Source of the DNA: Leucoraja erinacea
Lineage: Eukaryota
Assembly (NCBI RefSeq): GCF_028641065.1
Contig: NC_073397.1
Span: forward strand, 7,812,001 to 7,876,000
DNA: 64,000 nt
Direction: 5' to 3'
A model generated the notes under the pieces. The model ran no database searches. It was not told where the DNA came from and saw nothing but the letters and a program-made list of their open reading frames with translations. Both the position numbers and the translations under genes were made by a program. The stretch's first letter is position 1. Every line of letters begins with the position of its first letter. This document shows, piece after piece, positions 24,170 to 37,725 of this stretch.

Positions 24170-26383
24170 GCTCTGGGGTTTTAGATGCTCTCTGGTGCAT
24201 TCTGAGCCTTATTTTGGAGGCACCAAATTTATGACCAATATTTCAGAAATAATTTTGGATGAGTCAAGAGTAATGAATGGTTGGAATGGGATGATAGGGG
24301 TCATTGGTGTATACATTTTTAAAATCAAGAATTGAAGTTGTCCTTGTTTTAATAATTTTCAACTTGGACTATAAAATGTAATGTAAAATGTTATAAAGAA
24401 ACAAGCAAACACTGCAAATAAAATACTGTAAGTTTTTGCAGTAAATAAAACCTTTTTTTCAAAAATGTTTTGTGTGTTGATTTGATTGCCCGTTACTATT
24501 CGACTGTGTTAGTGTGTGCACATTAAAAATATGATGCAAAATGAAAGTCATTAACTATGGAATACAAATTTTTCAGTATTGTTTTTTTTTGTTTTTTTTT
24601 AATTTTATTTTTATTAGAAGTACGGTAAATTACAATCCTACACAGCACATATATCTTAATACATTTTTTGTACCGCTTCATTTTTTTTTTTTTTGAGCTT
24701 TAAGAAAAAGGTAGAAGTAAGAAAAGTAAAGAAAGTGCAAGAGAGTCGTGCAGTGCAAGAGTGTTGGGAAAAGAAAGCCCCTTAGGAAAGAAGTTAGAGA
24801 AGGAAGTAAAGTGAGAAAATGGACCCTAGAAAAGAAAGAAAGAGAAAATAGAAACAATCGCTCTATTATAACATTAAACTCCGCAGAAAGGGGACTACCA
24901 ATCAAGTCTGTTTTTGTTATTTTACCTCCCGTTACCAGGTCCTGATACCACTTATTTATATATTTGTTTTTTTTAGATTACTATTGCACCTCATACTTGT
25001 AATAGGTCCAGAAACATAGACCACGTCTTTTGGAATTGGTCTGCTTTACCTGCTAGGAGGAATCTCATCTCTTCCAGATGTAATGTTTCAAACATATTTG
25101 ATATCCACATTTTTATTGTTGGTGTCGGCGCATTTTTCCAGAATTTAAGTATAAGCTTTTTTCCCATTATTAGCCCGTAATTAAATAAATTCCTCTGAAA
25201 CACGTTTAATTCAGGGTTATCTTCCGATATTCCGAAGATAATCCATTCTGGTTTTGGTACCAGTTTTATTTTGATCAATTTTGAAAAAATATCAAATATT
25301 TCATACCAGAATTTTTGGATTTTTGTACAAAAAACAAAAGAGTGCGCTATGGTAGCTTCTTGACACAGGCATTTATCACAGATTGGTGAAACATTAGGGA
25401 AGATTTTATTTAATTTAGTTTTTGAATAATATAATCTATGTAATGTTTTAAATTGGATGAGCGTATGTCGTACGTTGATCGAGCATTTATGCACCTGTAG
25501 TAAATGATTATCCCAGGTCTCTTTTGAGATTTTTATAGCTAATTCTTGTTCCCAATCTTTTCTAATTCCATCTGTTGTGGGTATTTCTATGTTTAAAATG
25601 ATATTATATAGGTACGATATTAAATTAGCTGATTCCGCCTTGGTCTTCATTGCTTCATCCAATAAGTCGGAAGGCTTATTTTTTCAGTATTGTTATCAGC
25701 TGTTCCAATTGTTTGATATATTAATATGGATGAGAAAATATAATTGCTCTAAAACCTACCTTAATTTTGCAATCTCACTAAAGATAATGCCCCTTTTCCT
25801 CTCCCCTTCTCCCCCCGGTCCTCTCCCTCTACCTCGGTCTCCCCCTTCCCCTCTACCCCTTTCTCTCTCCCCCTCCCCTCCCTCTCTCCCCTCTGTCTCA
25901 ACCCCCCCCTCTCTCCCTCCCACACAGCGAGGGCCCCTACTCCGCGCCACAGACACTGCACCCCCCTCCCCGGCCCGGAGAAACGGGCACTCCCGCAACG
26001 CAATATTCCACTACTTACCTGGAGTAAACACCTAGGATCATTGGTAGACACGAGGCATTGAGGTGATTGTGTGGAGTGCAAATGGAGATCAGAACCCGCA
26101 CGGGCCCACTGCGCACGGAGAGACAGCGTTGCTACTGCGCCACCGGCTTCCCCCAACTGCGTAGGCGTGGATGGTCGCAATTTTTTTCCCCCAAATCTTT
26201 CAGCGGGCCGGAACCAGAATTTCAGGTAATTTCCATCAAAGTGGAAATGCTGATAGCGCCCCAATTTTTTTTTTCTCAGTGATTTTTTTTAAACTCTGGG
26301 CAAAAAACACCTTGGCCGGAGTCCCCCTAGATTTTGAGGCCCTAGGCTTCAGCCTATGCAGCCTATAGATAAATCCGGCCCTG
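24170..26383 (-). mobile_element. Probable hAT-like non-autonomous DNA element hosting the L1
   Basis: One hAT-like end, CAGGGCCGGATTT...GGCTGAAGCCTAGGGCCTC, on the minus strand at 26383. The partner TIR was not found, so the left boundary is uncertain. Confidence 0.4.
24584..25679 (-). mobile_element. 5'-truncated L1-clade LINE with poly(A) and TSD
   Basis: Open 223-aa ORF2 C-terminus (QFKTLHRLYY...C.KC....ATIAHSF..C zinc-knuckle region). Poly(A) at about 24582-24600. 15-bp TSD TTTTTCAGTATTGTT at 24569-24583 / 25680-25694. Confidence 0.93.
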
Positions 26384-28820
26384 CCAGGGCCCCCTGCCGA
26401 GGCCGCCCTAGGTGACAGTTCGGGTAGAGACCCTTCATCAGATTCGTAGCTGCAGTATTTGCGAGGTTGGTTCAGTAGAGTGGTTCTGTCAATGGTGACC
26501 ACGAGGATGTTGATGAATGGAGGCTAGGTGACTTCTACGCTTTTAAATGTAATGGGTGGGAAGTTACGGGCAATCAATGCCAGCACTTTTGTGGAGTGAA
26601 CATTACAGGCCACATACGTAGCTACTCGTGGCCAAGTGTAGTTTAGGATGCGTTTTTTTGCAGGTATTAATTGGTTATTTGTTGAGGTTTTGTGAATGAT
26701 GATGATACTTTATTGTCACGTGCACCTGTGAACTTAGACACAGTAAAAATCTTTGGTTTGCATTCATTCGAGTAAAAACATATTATACATTCAATTAAAT
26801 TGAGCACACAATCATAACAAGTATAGAAGTGCAATGATTGTAGTGCAATAGTGTTCTTCACCGAGACAGTACACAAACAGTCTCCACATTTCTGGCACCA
26901 AAGTTCTGAAGAGGGCAGTGTTATTTTGGCCTTAAAGGCCTATTGTCCTAGCACCACTGATCCTCCCCTTTGCCCGCCGCCCTCTTCAACTCAGCCCTTT
27001 GTCTATCATCCATGGTTGGAAGATGTAGGCTGGCTCAAGAATGGGCCTCTATTCTACTCTGGGCGTGCGAGCCGGGCCTTCCTGGTGGGTTCCTGGTCTG
27101 CAACACGGGTCCTCCATCCCTGGCAGGCCAAGCGGGCAAGCTGAACCTTCCAGGCCCATGGCCAGCCAGGACCCAGTGGGTGTTTCCGGCCGGGTCCAGG
27201 ACTGCCGGTGGGTCTACCACGGCTTGCTGGGAATTATGTTGAATAACATGCAATGATCAGCGATTTCCTCACTGCCTAGATTATAGACGAATAAAACTTA
27301 GCGCTAATACTGGTCAGGCAACGTACAACACAGATAAAAGAGCGTAAAGTAATTCAAGTCATTTGGTCTCAGAGGTTTTTAACTCACCATCCCTCCTTCT
27401 CTGCTACGCCAAACTAACAGCTTCCCTTTCCCAGCCTTGGCAAAAGGTCTACGATCTTAAATATTAACTCTTTTTCCTCCCACAGATGCTGCCTGAAATG
27501 CTGAGTGTTTCCAGCATTTGCTGCTTTTAATTCAGATTTCCACCGTCTACAATTCACAGCTAGATGCGTCAGGACTGCACACCTCCAATCTGATCTCCTG
27601 GTTGTGAGGTGGCTTAGCTGCCCATCCAAATAGTTTACTATGCCTGTGATCCCTTACTGCAGCTTCTCGTCACTTTGGGCAGTGCAGGGGCTGTCCGTGG
27701 TATGCCCTTTGTTTTCCTCATTGAATACAACTTGATCCCCCAAGGGATGTGCCGGGTCATCAGGTTGCTGCTGCTGAGGACTAATATACCGATGGATGCC
27801 AAGTTTTGAGCTGCCAGATTGGATCAGAGTTTATCCCGTTCAAGGAACATGGAATAATATAGCACAGGAACAGGCCCTTTGGCCCACAATATCTGTGCCA
27901 AACATGATGCAAAGACCAGGTCTTATTTGCCTGCACATAATCCAGGTCTCCCCATTCACTGCATATCCATGTGCCTATCTAAAAGTTACTTCAATGCCAC
28001 TACTGCATCTGCCTCCACCACCACCAGCACATCCCAGGCACTCGCCACCCTCTGTTAAAAACGTACCCCACACATCGCCTTTAAACTTTGCACCTCTAAC
28101 CTCAAAGCTATGCCCTCTAGTATTTGATATTTCCATCCTGGGAGAAATATTCTGACTGACGACCTCATCTCTGACTCTTATAATTGTATATAGTGTATTA
28201 CTTCTATCCTTAACCAACTTCCCAGAGAAAACAATTCAAATCTGACCAACCTCTCCCTGCCCTAAACCAGGCACAATTTATATAAATCTCCTCTGCACCC
28301 TCTCCAAACCTCCACATGCTTCCTGTAATGGGGCAACCAGACCTCGCACAACACTAGGGATGGCACAGCGGTGTAGCGGTGGAGCTACTGCCTTACAGAC
28401 TGTCTGCACGGAGTTTGTACGTTCTCCCCATGTCCTGCCTCGGTTTTCACTGAGATATTCGGTTTCCTCCCACACTGCAAACACGCACAGGTTTGTAAGT
28501 TAATTGGCTTGGTATAAATGTAAAATTGTCCTTAGTGTGTCTAGGGTAGTGTTAATATGCGGGGATCGCTGGTCGGTACAGACTCGGTGAGCCGAAGAGC
28601 TTGTTTCCATGCTGTATCTCTAAACTAAACACTGGATAGGATTGTCATGCCAAACACATTGGAAGGTGAGAAAGGATCCTGACCCGAAACGTCACTCATC
28701 CATGTTCTCCAGGGACGCTGAAAGGCCCGCTGAGTTACTCCAGTCCTTCCTCGGTAAATCAGCATCCTCATCTCCTAGTTTCTACAATGGAGGCTCTGCC
28801 TGGTTTGAATGCTGGACAGT

Positions 28821-28848
28821 CTGAAGAAGGGTTTCGGCCCGAAACGTC
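28821..28848 (+). ncRNA. Minimal hammerhead ribozyme motif (Penelope-derived short repeat)
   Basis: CTGAAGA-A-GGGT(TTCG)GCCC-GAAA-C-GTC. The element 28821-28913 is flanked by the 17-bp duplication TTTGAATGCTGGACAGT. Confidence 0.65.
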
Positions 28849-28959
28849 GTCTATTTCCTTCGCTCCATAGATGCTGCTGCACCCGCTGAGTTTCTCCAGC
28901 AATTTTGTATACCTTTGAATGCTGGACAGTTCCTTCCCAAAGACTCCAGTGATCACTTC

Positions 28960-30534
28960 TGTTAAACCGAGTTATTTTGTCAATCTAATTCAAGAAAACT
29001 TGATTCAAACACTTGTTGCTGTTGAAATCGATTCTTTATTCTGACAGCGCTGGATAATTCTTTAAACCTTCCCACACAGAGCTGAAAGCTCCGGGGCAGG
29101 ACCAGAGAATTAGTGACTTTGGTACAAACTCAAGGTATTATATAGGTATTAGACATTTCTGATACAGAAGGTGTGGAAAACTGTTAACCAATCATTATGG
29201 TTTACTATACATAAGCTTATTTGCATTAACCAATCAACTAAGTCCTTCCAGTGATTGACAACAAGTGTAGTCACAAGACTCTCTCTTTTCCAGCCTCTTC
29301 ACCCTCTTTGTTTTTCTTTACCCTCTTTCAAAATCATTTTATTTCAATGAAGTAAAACCACGGAAAAATAAATTCAATTCTCAGAGACCACCTCTCAGAA
29401 TATAAAAGACACATCATACAGCAATCGCACAATACATACACACAAAACACATATTTTCACTTTTGGAAAAGAAAGTTATTTCTCAAACTTCAGATTTAAA
29501 TAAAGTCTAATACTTACAATCCTAATTAAAACACAATACACTTCACAAATAATTTCTACAACTACAACTACATAGTTAAAATACAGTTACTTATGGATTA
29601 CAAAGATTAAATATACATTTCCCCATTCTTACAAAGTCGGTAAAGACTTAAGTTATTTCTAATCACACAATTCCCAACTTCATGCACACAAAGGCCATAT
29701 ACTTGTCACACTTGGTAAATGATAATTGCTTCTTACCAAGCTCAGGTCCATATTCATTCTGACTTACATTCTTCTCCTCTAGAGATAACGGGGAGGTTGT
29801 AAGGGCCTCCTTATGACTACTCACTAGTAGCATTCCACACAGCAAATGGAAGATTACTATAGTCAGACCCCAATCATTTGGCTTAGATCAAAACAGAGTT
29901 ACTTTCTCCGTTTTCTATAAACAAAGGTCACCATCACCCATGCCTTATCTCTTATCTCAACACAAGTACATTTAAACAGCACAAACCAAATCACACTCTA
30001 TTATCTAGACTTGCTGTCTAAGACCCAGTATAAACAACCATTAACCCTCTTTGTGACGTACTAGAGCTCAGAGATGTGTCACAAAGAAAGAACAAATGGT
30101 GGCTATGTCCTGGGTAGAGACCCCATTAACGACCTACACTCTAAACACCAAACTAAACCAATTACAACTTCTGACAGCGTTACAGTTGCTTCAAAGCAAT
30201 AAATAAAGCTATGCCTATTCAGATCAGCATTTCCATGTTATGATAATCCATCTGTTCTCCTGTGCGTGTTCTTTGTACTTTATTTCTTTGTGGGGACATG
30301 TATTGCTGAAAACCTCAAACCCTTCTCTTGCAACTTAACATAGGTTCCTCACACAAAGGTTATTATCCGAGCAATACTATTATTTAATATTTCCTCACTT
30401 CTGTCACAGATAGATTAGCGAGGTTATGCTCGGGCAGGGTTATCCTTGGTGTCAGTATAAAAAGGAAATAACTATAGTTCATCTTTCAGGCATAGTTCAA
30501 CAAGGGCATAGTTCAACAACGTCATCAGCTGAGG
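28960..30534 (-). mobile_element. Probable long solo LTR (ERV/Gypsy-like)
   Basis: Two AACCAATCA boxes read on the plus strand (about 29187 and 29228). On the minus strand: TATATAA (about 29143), AATAAA (29040-29035) and terminal TTTAACA at 28960. The right boundary is uncertain. Confidence 0.5.
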
Positions 30535-33004
30535 GATCACTTCACAAGCTATAGGAGTAGAATTAGGCCACACGTCCCATCGAGTCTACTCCACCATTCA
30601 ATCATGGCTGATCTCTGCCTCCTGATCCCATTTTCGTGCCTTCTCCCCACAACCCTTGACACCCGTTCTACTCACGAACACTTACCAAACTTGCCGCACT
30701 CATCAAAACACTTGCCAGTGCTTAAATTGCACTTGCTCCATATCCCTCCAAACCTGTCCTATCCATGTACCTGCTTAACTGTTTCTTAAACGTTGGGATA
30801 GACCCAGCCTCACTACGTCCTCTGACAGCTTGTTCCATACATCCATCCATACATTCCATAAGTTTTTTTGGCCTTCCATCACAGCGATGTGATGAATGTT
30901 TATGTAAATTATGTTGTGTCTTGGGTCTATTTGTTTGTAATGTATGACTGCAGAAACGGCATTTCGTTTGGACCTCAAGGGGTCCAAATGACAATTAAAT
31001 TGTATCTTATCTTATCTTATCTTACATCCACCACCCTTTGTGTGAAAGAGTTACCCTTCAGATTCCTATTAAATCTTTTCCCCTTCACCATGAACCTATG
31101 TCCTCTGGTCCTCGATTCCCCTACGATCTGGGTCGACACAGTTTGGCCTGTCCAGTTTCATCCTTCTCTTTTTACGACACTTAATGGTAAAGATACTGCT
31201 GTTAGACCCTTTTAGAAAGCACTTAAGAGTTGGTCTGGAGTCAGTCAACCACAGGGGATATATCGGTCACCCATCTTACAGGCCAATTGAGGAGGAAATG
31301 AATAAAATCAGAGGGGCAATGTTGGGGATATCTATGGCTCGAGAAGATTGAAGAGATATGTATTTAAGGATGAGGTCTAACATTTTAAATGAATCGTTTT
31401 GCAAAAAAAAGAAATTAAAGATCTATAATACACGTCAACCACTGATGTGCCCTTGAATTAACTGGTTTGGCTCAGTAGCCACTTCAATTACCTGCCTTCC
31501 CACTGATGGTAGGGACGCACAAGACTTTAAAAGTTTTCAGCTAAGCATCATGCCCCAACTCCAGACTGCCTGTGAAGAACTCCACAGGAGATCCACCAAA
31601 CAAAAACAATATTACAGCATTAGGAAAAATCAATAGCAAAAGGGACAGAATGAAGCAACCCCTGTTTAAAGGTATCAGAATCCTTTCAGTAGTATGAGCT
31701 TAATAGCTTTTCTTTCGAAAGATTAACCAGCCTGATTTTAAATGACTTAACAAAACAAGAAAGGCGCTTTTAAACAAAAGGCTGCATCAAAATCTCTTCA
31801 ATAAACATTGAATAATACATGAACAGAATATGCTGGGAATATAAGGTCACTTAAGCCAATCTCTGGAGAGAAAAGACAAGCTACCTGAATCCCGTATTAA
31901 AAAGCAAACGTTTCACTAAAGTTAGGATAAGAGAGGGAAAGAAATTCAGACGGAAAACTGTGTGTGGGAATTACCAGCGGAACGTAATATTTTAAATGAG
32001 ATGCAAACTGTGGAATACATGGATACTGTAAAAGATGAGCGAAGTACGATGAACAAATTAACAGTTAACAGGGTGACGGTAAACAGCAGACGATCACGAA
32101 GAGTCCAAGGCAAAAAAATCAAAGCAATAAACATGAAAACTGTACAAACTAAAACCATTCTTGGTAAAACAGGTGAAGATCAGGGCACCAGCCAACATAT
32201 TTGTCATAGAGTCACAGCATGGAAACACACCCTTTGGACCAACTTGTCCATGCTAACCAAGAGGCCTATTAAATGCCTGAAGAAATGTCTCGACCCGAAA
32301 CGTCACCCATTCTTTCTATCCAGAGATGCTGCCTGTCCCGCTGAATTACTCCAGCATTTTGTACCCACGGAATTTGTTCCATTTCCCCATGCCTGACCAA
32401 TATCCCTCTAAACCTTGTTTGAAGAAGGGTTTTGGCCCGAAACGTTGCCTATTTCCTTCGCTCCATAGATGCTGCTGCACCCGCTGAGTTTCTCCAGCTT
32501 TTTTGTGTAACCTCCCTCTAAACCTTTCCTATCTGTATACCTGTCTAAATATCTTTTGAAGGTTCTACTGTACCTGCCTCAACTACTTTATCCGACAGCT
32601 CATTCCTTATGCCCATACCGTCTGTGTGAAAAAAGATTATGCTCAGATTCCCCTTAAATCGTTTCCCTCTCATCTTAAACCTACGCCCTCTAGTTTTTGA
32701 TTCCCCTATTCTAGAAAAAAATAATGCTGTGCCTTCATCATTTCTATTCCCCTCACGATTTTATACATCCCTGGAAGATCACTCCAGAGGCTGCGGCACT
32801 CCAAGGAATAAAGTCTTAGCCTTCCCAACCTTTCCCTATAGTTCAGACCCCTTGTATCTTTGCAACATGCTTATAAATCTTCTTTACACTCTGGATACAA
32901 GGATCTAACCTTCTAGAGCAGCCAACCATGTGGAATCTTTCAAAGGCCTTGCTGAGTCCATATAGATTATGTCTACAGTTCCATCGCTCTTGGCTACTTT
33001 TAGC

Positions 33005-33456
33005 GTAGTTTCATTTTTGAGATACAGCGTGGAAACAGCGTTTCAACCCACCGAGTCTGTGCCAACCAGTGATCACCCAATACACTAATTCCATCCTACA
33101 CATTCGGAAAAATTTACAATTTTTACCAAAGCCAATTAACGTACAAACCTGTACGTCTTTGGGATGTGGGAGGAAACCAGAGTAGCCAGAGAAAACCCAC
33201 ATGGTCACAGGGAAAATGTAAGACAGCACCCATAGCTGGGATCGAACTAGGGTCCCTGGCACTGTAAGGCAGCAACTCTACCGATGCCAAATAACCTACA
33301 GACCTGCACGTCTTTAGAGATTGGGAGGGAACCGGAGTACCCGGAAAAAACGCACGGGGAGAACATACAAACTACATTTCAGGCAGCACCCATAGTCAGG
33401 ATCGAACCTGCGTCTCTGGCACTGTAAGGCAGCAACTCTACCGCTGTGCCACCGCA
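33005..33456 (-). mobile_element. HE1-type SINE with a tandem partial duplication of the head
   Basis: Two consecutive head/V-domain units. Confidence 0.8.
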
Positions 33457-35230
33457 CTCAAATTCTTGAGACATTATCTCCCACGCACAAAACCATGCTG
33501 ACTATCCATAATCCACCTATGTAAATGTATATCTTGTCCCTCAGAATCCACTCCAGTAACTTTCTTACAGCAGACGTTAGGTCTACAGTTCCCAGGCTTT
33601 TCTTTGTAATCCATCTTAAATAGAGGCACAACGTTAACACACCAGTTTAATTTAGAGAGAGAGCCCACCAGTCAACACTGACCGTCAATCACCTATTCAC
33701 ATTATTTTTGTCCTCCCACTATCTCATCTACTCTTTATAAACTAGGGACAATTTGCAGAGGACACTATAAGCTCCAAACCCACAGGTCTTTGGGATGTCG
33801 ACGGAAACTGGAGCACCCGGAGTAAACCCACGCAGTCACAGGGAGAACCTGCATCCAAGACATTATTCAAGGTTAGGATGGAACCCAGACCTCTTTGAGG
33901 CTACCATCCTCCGGCACCTCCCCTGTGTCAACCGATGATGCAACTCAACCAGGGCTTGTGCAATTTCTCCCCTGGGTTTCCACAGTGTCATTGGATATGC
34001 CTAAACAGGCCCGGGAGATTTATATGTTTTAGTACATCCAGCACCTCCTTGGCTATAATACGAAATGTTCTCAAGACATCGCCATTAACTTTCCCCCAAG
34101 TTCTCTAATCTTTATGTCTTCCTCCATAGTAGTAATAGAGGGGAAATATTCATTGAGGATGTTGCCATTTTTGACTGCTCCAAGCATCGATTGCCTCTTT
34201 GGTTTCTGAAGGGCTCTATTCTCTCTCTAATACCTCTTTTCCCCTTAATATACATAAAATCTCCAAGACCAAGAACATCCTCACAGATATTTCCTTGACA
34301 CACATCTAATGTCACAGCCATTTCATGCTGGGCAGTGGAAGCAGGAAGGTACAGTCTCCCCCTCTCAACCTCTCCTTTTAGCTGTCCCCACACTTTAGTC
34401 TTGCCTTAAACATAAAACACACTTGCACTTGTAACAAAACCGTACTGGAAGTGATAGCATCCCATCTATTTCACCATTGAGGATTCAGTTAGAATTACAG
34501 GCCTTTCATTAGCTGCCAAATACAGCATTTCCTCTGGAAAGGTGCCGGGTAACTGATTTGTTTGCAACATATTGATCAACACTGAGAAAGCTGCATTTAC
34601 TTCCCATTACTAGTTGACAAAGTGGAGATTGGCTGGGCATAGTGTCTGTTCTGCAGATGGCATTACATGACGTGCCGAGGGATTTGAGAGATTTTCACAC
34701 AAGAGCAACGTCAGACTGGTAATGAATGTCTAAGTTGCAACTGCGTGTTACAGTGGCCTGTAAAAAAACAGGAGGGGCTGTTAAGCAAATATAATCTATT
34801 GCAGTGTGTGCGCAATGATCCTATAGATAGTGCAAGAAGTTAGATGTAGCACAAAGATGAAACAAAAGAAAAAATACTTTGGCCACCTTTCGCTAGGTCT
34901 ACATCCTGGAGGTTGCCCCTGACTAGTCACGTGGCAACAGTTTCACCAGAACTGCAGTGGTTCAAATAGCTCACCACTATCTTCGAGAGCAATTAGGGAT
35001 AGGCAACAAATGCTGACTAAATGATAAGAAAACACAATTACGAGATCTGGGTGATTTCTAGCACAAAGTTGGACTTGCTCTCAGACCTGCAGTGAGCAAT
35101 CCAACACAGTCCTTATTGAACCTTGGATAAAGGAGAGGATTTTGGAGTCAAGAGAGGAGCCATTATCGACATGCATCCATCCTCTGCTCTTGTAGTCATT
35201 TTGTTGCGTGGTTAGTTGAGCTAGCTGCAC

Positions 35231-35525
35231 AGGGCAGCACAGCGGTAGAGTTGCTGCCTAACAATGCCAGGGACCCTAGTTCGATCCTGACTATGGGCGC
35301 TGTCTGTATGCAGTTTGTATGTTTTCCCTGTGACCACGTGGGTTTACTCCAGCTACACTGGTTTCCTCCCACATCCCAAAGACGTATAGGTTTGTAGGTT
35401 CATTGGCATCGGTAAGATTGTAAATTATCCCTAGCATGTAAGATAGCGCTGATGTACCGAGTGATCGCTGGTCAGACGGACTCAGTGGGGCAAAGGGCCT
35501 ATTTCCAGAGCTGTATCTCTAAAGT
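35231..35525 (+). mobile_element. HE1-type SINE
   Basis: Same family signature. Confidence 0.85.
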
Positions 35526-36274
35526 TAGAGTAAAGCTCTGGTCAATGGCTCGATTAATGTTGGGATGTTATTATCTGGAATTTAGGTAAATTAACTGTTC
35601 TTGTCATTCATTAGACATAGTGTCTTGCTGCCTCTTCCATGTCCTACTGGTGGGATGTCATTGACAGCTTCATAGTTATCGAAGGAGTTACAAATCAAAG
35701 TGATTACTGCAGAATCAGCAGCACATGCCTAGTTCTGATCTTACACTGGAGAGGATGTCACTGATGGAGCAGATGGGGACGGTGGGTTGAGCACATTGTT
35801 CTGTGGAATCCCTAGTGGTGTTGCTAGGTGATAACAAGAACCATCCGCTACATCAAATATGTCCCTCTTTCCCTCAGCTTAAGCAGCTTTCTGAGATTTA
35901 TAGAGCAGGAAACAAATGCCAGAACATATGTCATCAGTATATCATCTCTTTCTCTCCCACACATTTGTATTTTGAACATTTACTTCAAAAACCAGCAGTG
36001 TAAAATGTCAAATAATATCATTTTGGAAGCTTGTCTTGTTGGTAAATATTTCTGAAATCTAACTGCTCAGAAAGCAACGGCATCTTATAATCATGCCTCA
36101 GTTGACTAAACTGGCCTATTTTGAGATTCAGGGGATCATGCACATACAACTACATTTCTGGACAATGTTCAAATCCATGGTCAAGTCTTCATCAGTTGTG
36201 GCTAAGGTATAGAACGCTGAGCCCTGAGCCACATGGTTAAAAGTTCAGATTGATCTCCAGACATCCAACTATGT

Positions 36275-36670
36275 GGAGTAACTCAGCAGGACAGGCAACA
36301 TCTCTGGATAGAAGGAATGGGTGACGTTTCGGATCGAGATCCTTCTTCAGACTATGTTAGGGGAGAGGGAGATACAGAGATATGGATGGGCAAGGTGTGA
36401 AAACAAGATATTAAAGGGGACGAATTTCAAGGAAAATGTAGAATTGAACATTGTTAGCAAGGGGAAGATGACAATGAGGCATATAAAGATTAAATTTAAT
36501 CAGGACAGTCAGACTGGTTGGAGATATAGGATGGGGGAGGGACGGAGAGTGGGGGAAAGCAAGGGTTACTTAAAGTTAGAGAAATCAATATTCGTACCGC
36601 GGGGTTGGACTCTACCCAAGCTTTATGTCTATCTTTGGTGTAAACCAGCATCTGCAGTTCCTTCCTACAC
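36275..36670 (-). mobile_element. Penelope 3' fragment with hammerhead motif (36350-36323)
   Basis: Reverse complement of the 14340-14750 region; carries CTGAAGA-A-GGATC(TC)GATCC-GAAA-C-GTC. Confidence 0.8.
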
Positions 36671-37725
36671 GTCTAACTGTGAGGTCTAGATTGACACTCC
36701 AATGCAGGAGTCGGGAGGAAGGGTATGTTGCAGGCGTCAGCTTTAACATCAGACATTACACCTATCAGGGCAGTCAAGTATAAATGGACAAATGGCTTGT
36801 TCAAAGAGAATAGGTAGGGGTCTTCCCATTATTATTGTCATTATTTATTTCTCAACCAACATCAAAATAATCACTAGTTAAAAAACAAAATGCTAGAAAC
36901 ACTCAGCAGCCCAGACTCTATCTATAGAAAGAGAAACAGTGAATGTTTCAGGTCCCTAGCACGTGTAAATATACAAGGGAGTCAGTAACACCAGCAATAA
37001 GAAATAAGGAATTCAGAAGAAACTCCTTTACTTAGAGAGTGATTATAATCAGAAACTGTAGTGGATGGGGTTTAAGCCGTTAAAGCTGGATCAACATAGA
37101 GAGAGGTCGAGGGCAGTCAGGAATAAAGTAAAAATAGCAGTGTGGACCTATAGAAAAGGAAATACTAACATACACCTAATCTCTCACATTCTCTATGAGA
37201 ATGATCCCAGGAATGATTGGGTTAACATATCATGAGCTTTGGAAGGCACTGGGCATGTCATCTCTAGGGTTAAAAAGGGTGAAGAAAACTTTATTGGAAC
37301 TTATCGATTAGTGAAAGGCCTGGATAGAGTGAATGTGGAGAGAATATCTCCACTAGTAGTGGAAGACCAGAGGCCATAGGTTCAAGAACAAAAGGACGCA
37401 ACTTTAGAAAGGAGATGAGGAAGAACTTCTTTAGTCAGAGGGTGATGAATCTGTGGAACTCATCGCCATGGAAGGCTGCGGAAGCCAAGACAACGGATAT
37501 TTTTTAGGCGGAGATTGACAGATTCTTTTGCAGTAAGGGTGTCGTGGTTATGGGGAGAAGGCAGGAGAATGGGGCTGAAAGAGGAAGATAGATCAGAATA
37601 AATATTGTGGATATTACAAGTTTTGAGTATAGGGGGAATAATGGTCAGGTCAAAATGATTAACAAAATATTAAATGATTCATGATTAAAGAGTAGTGGCC
37701 TAAATCTTCCTGTAAAGTAACAGGG

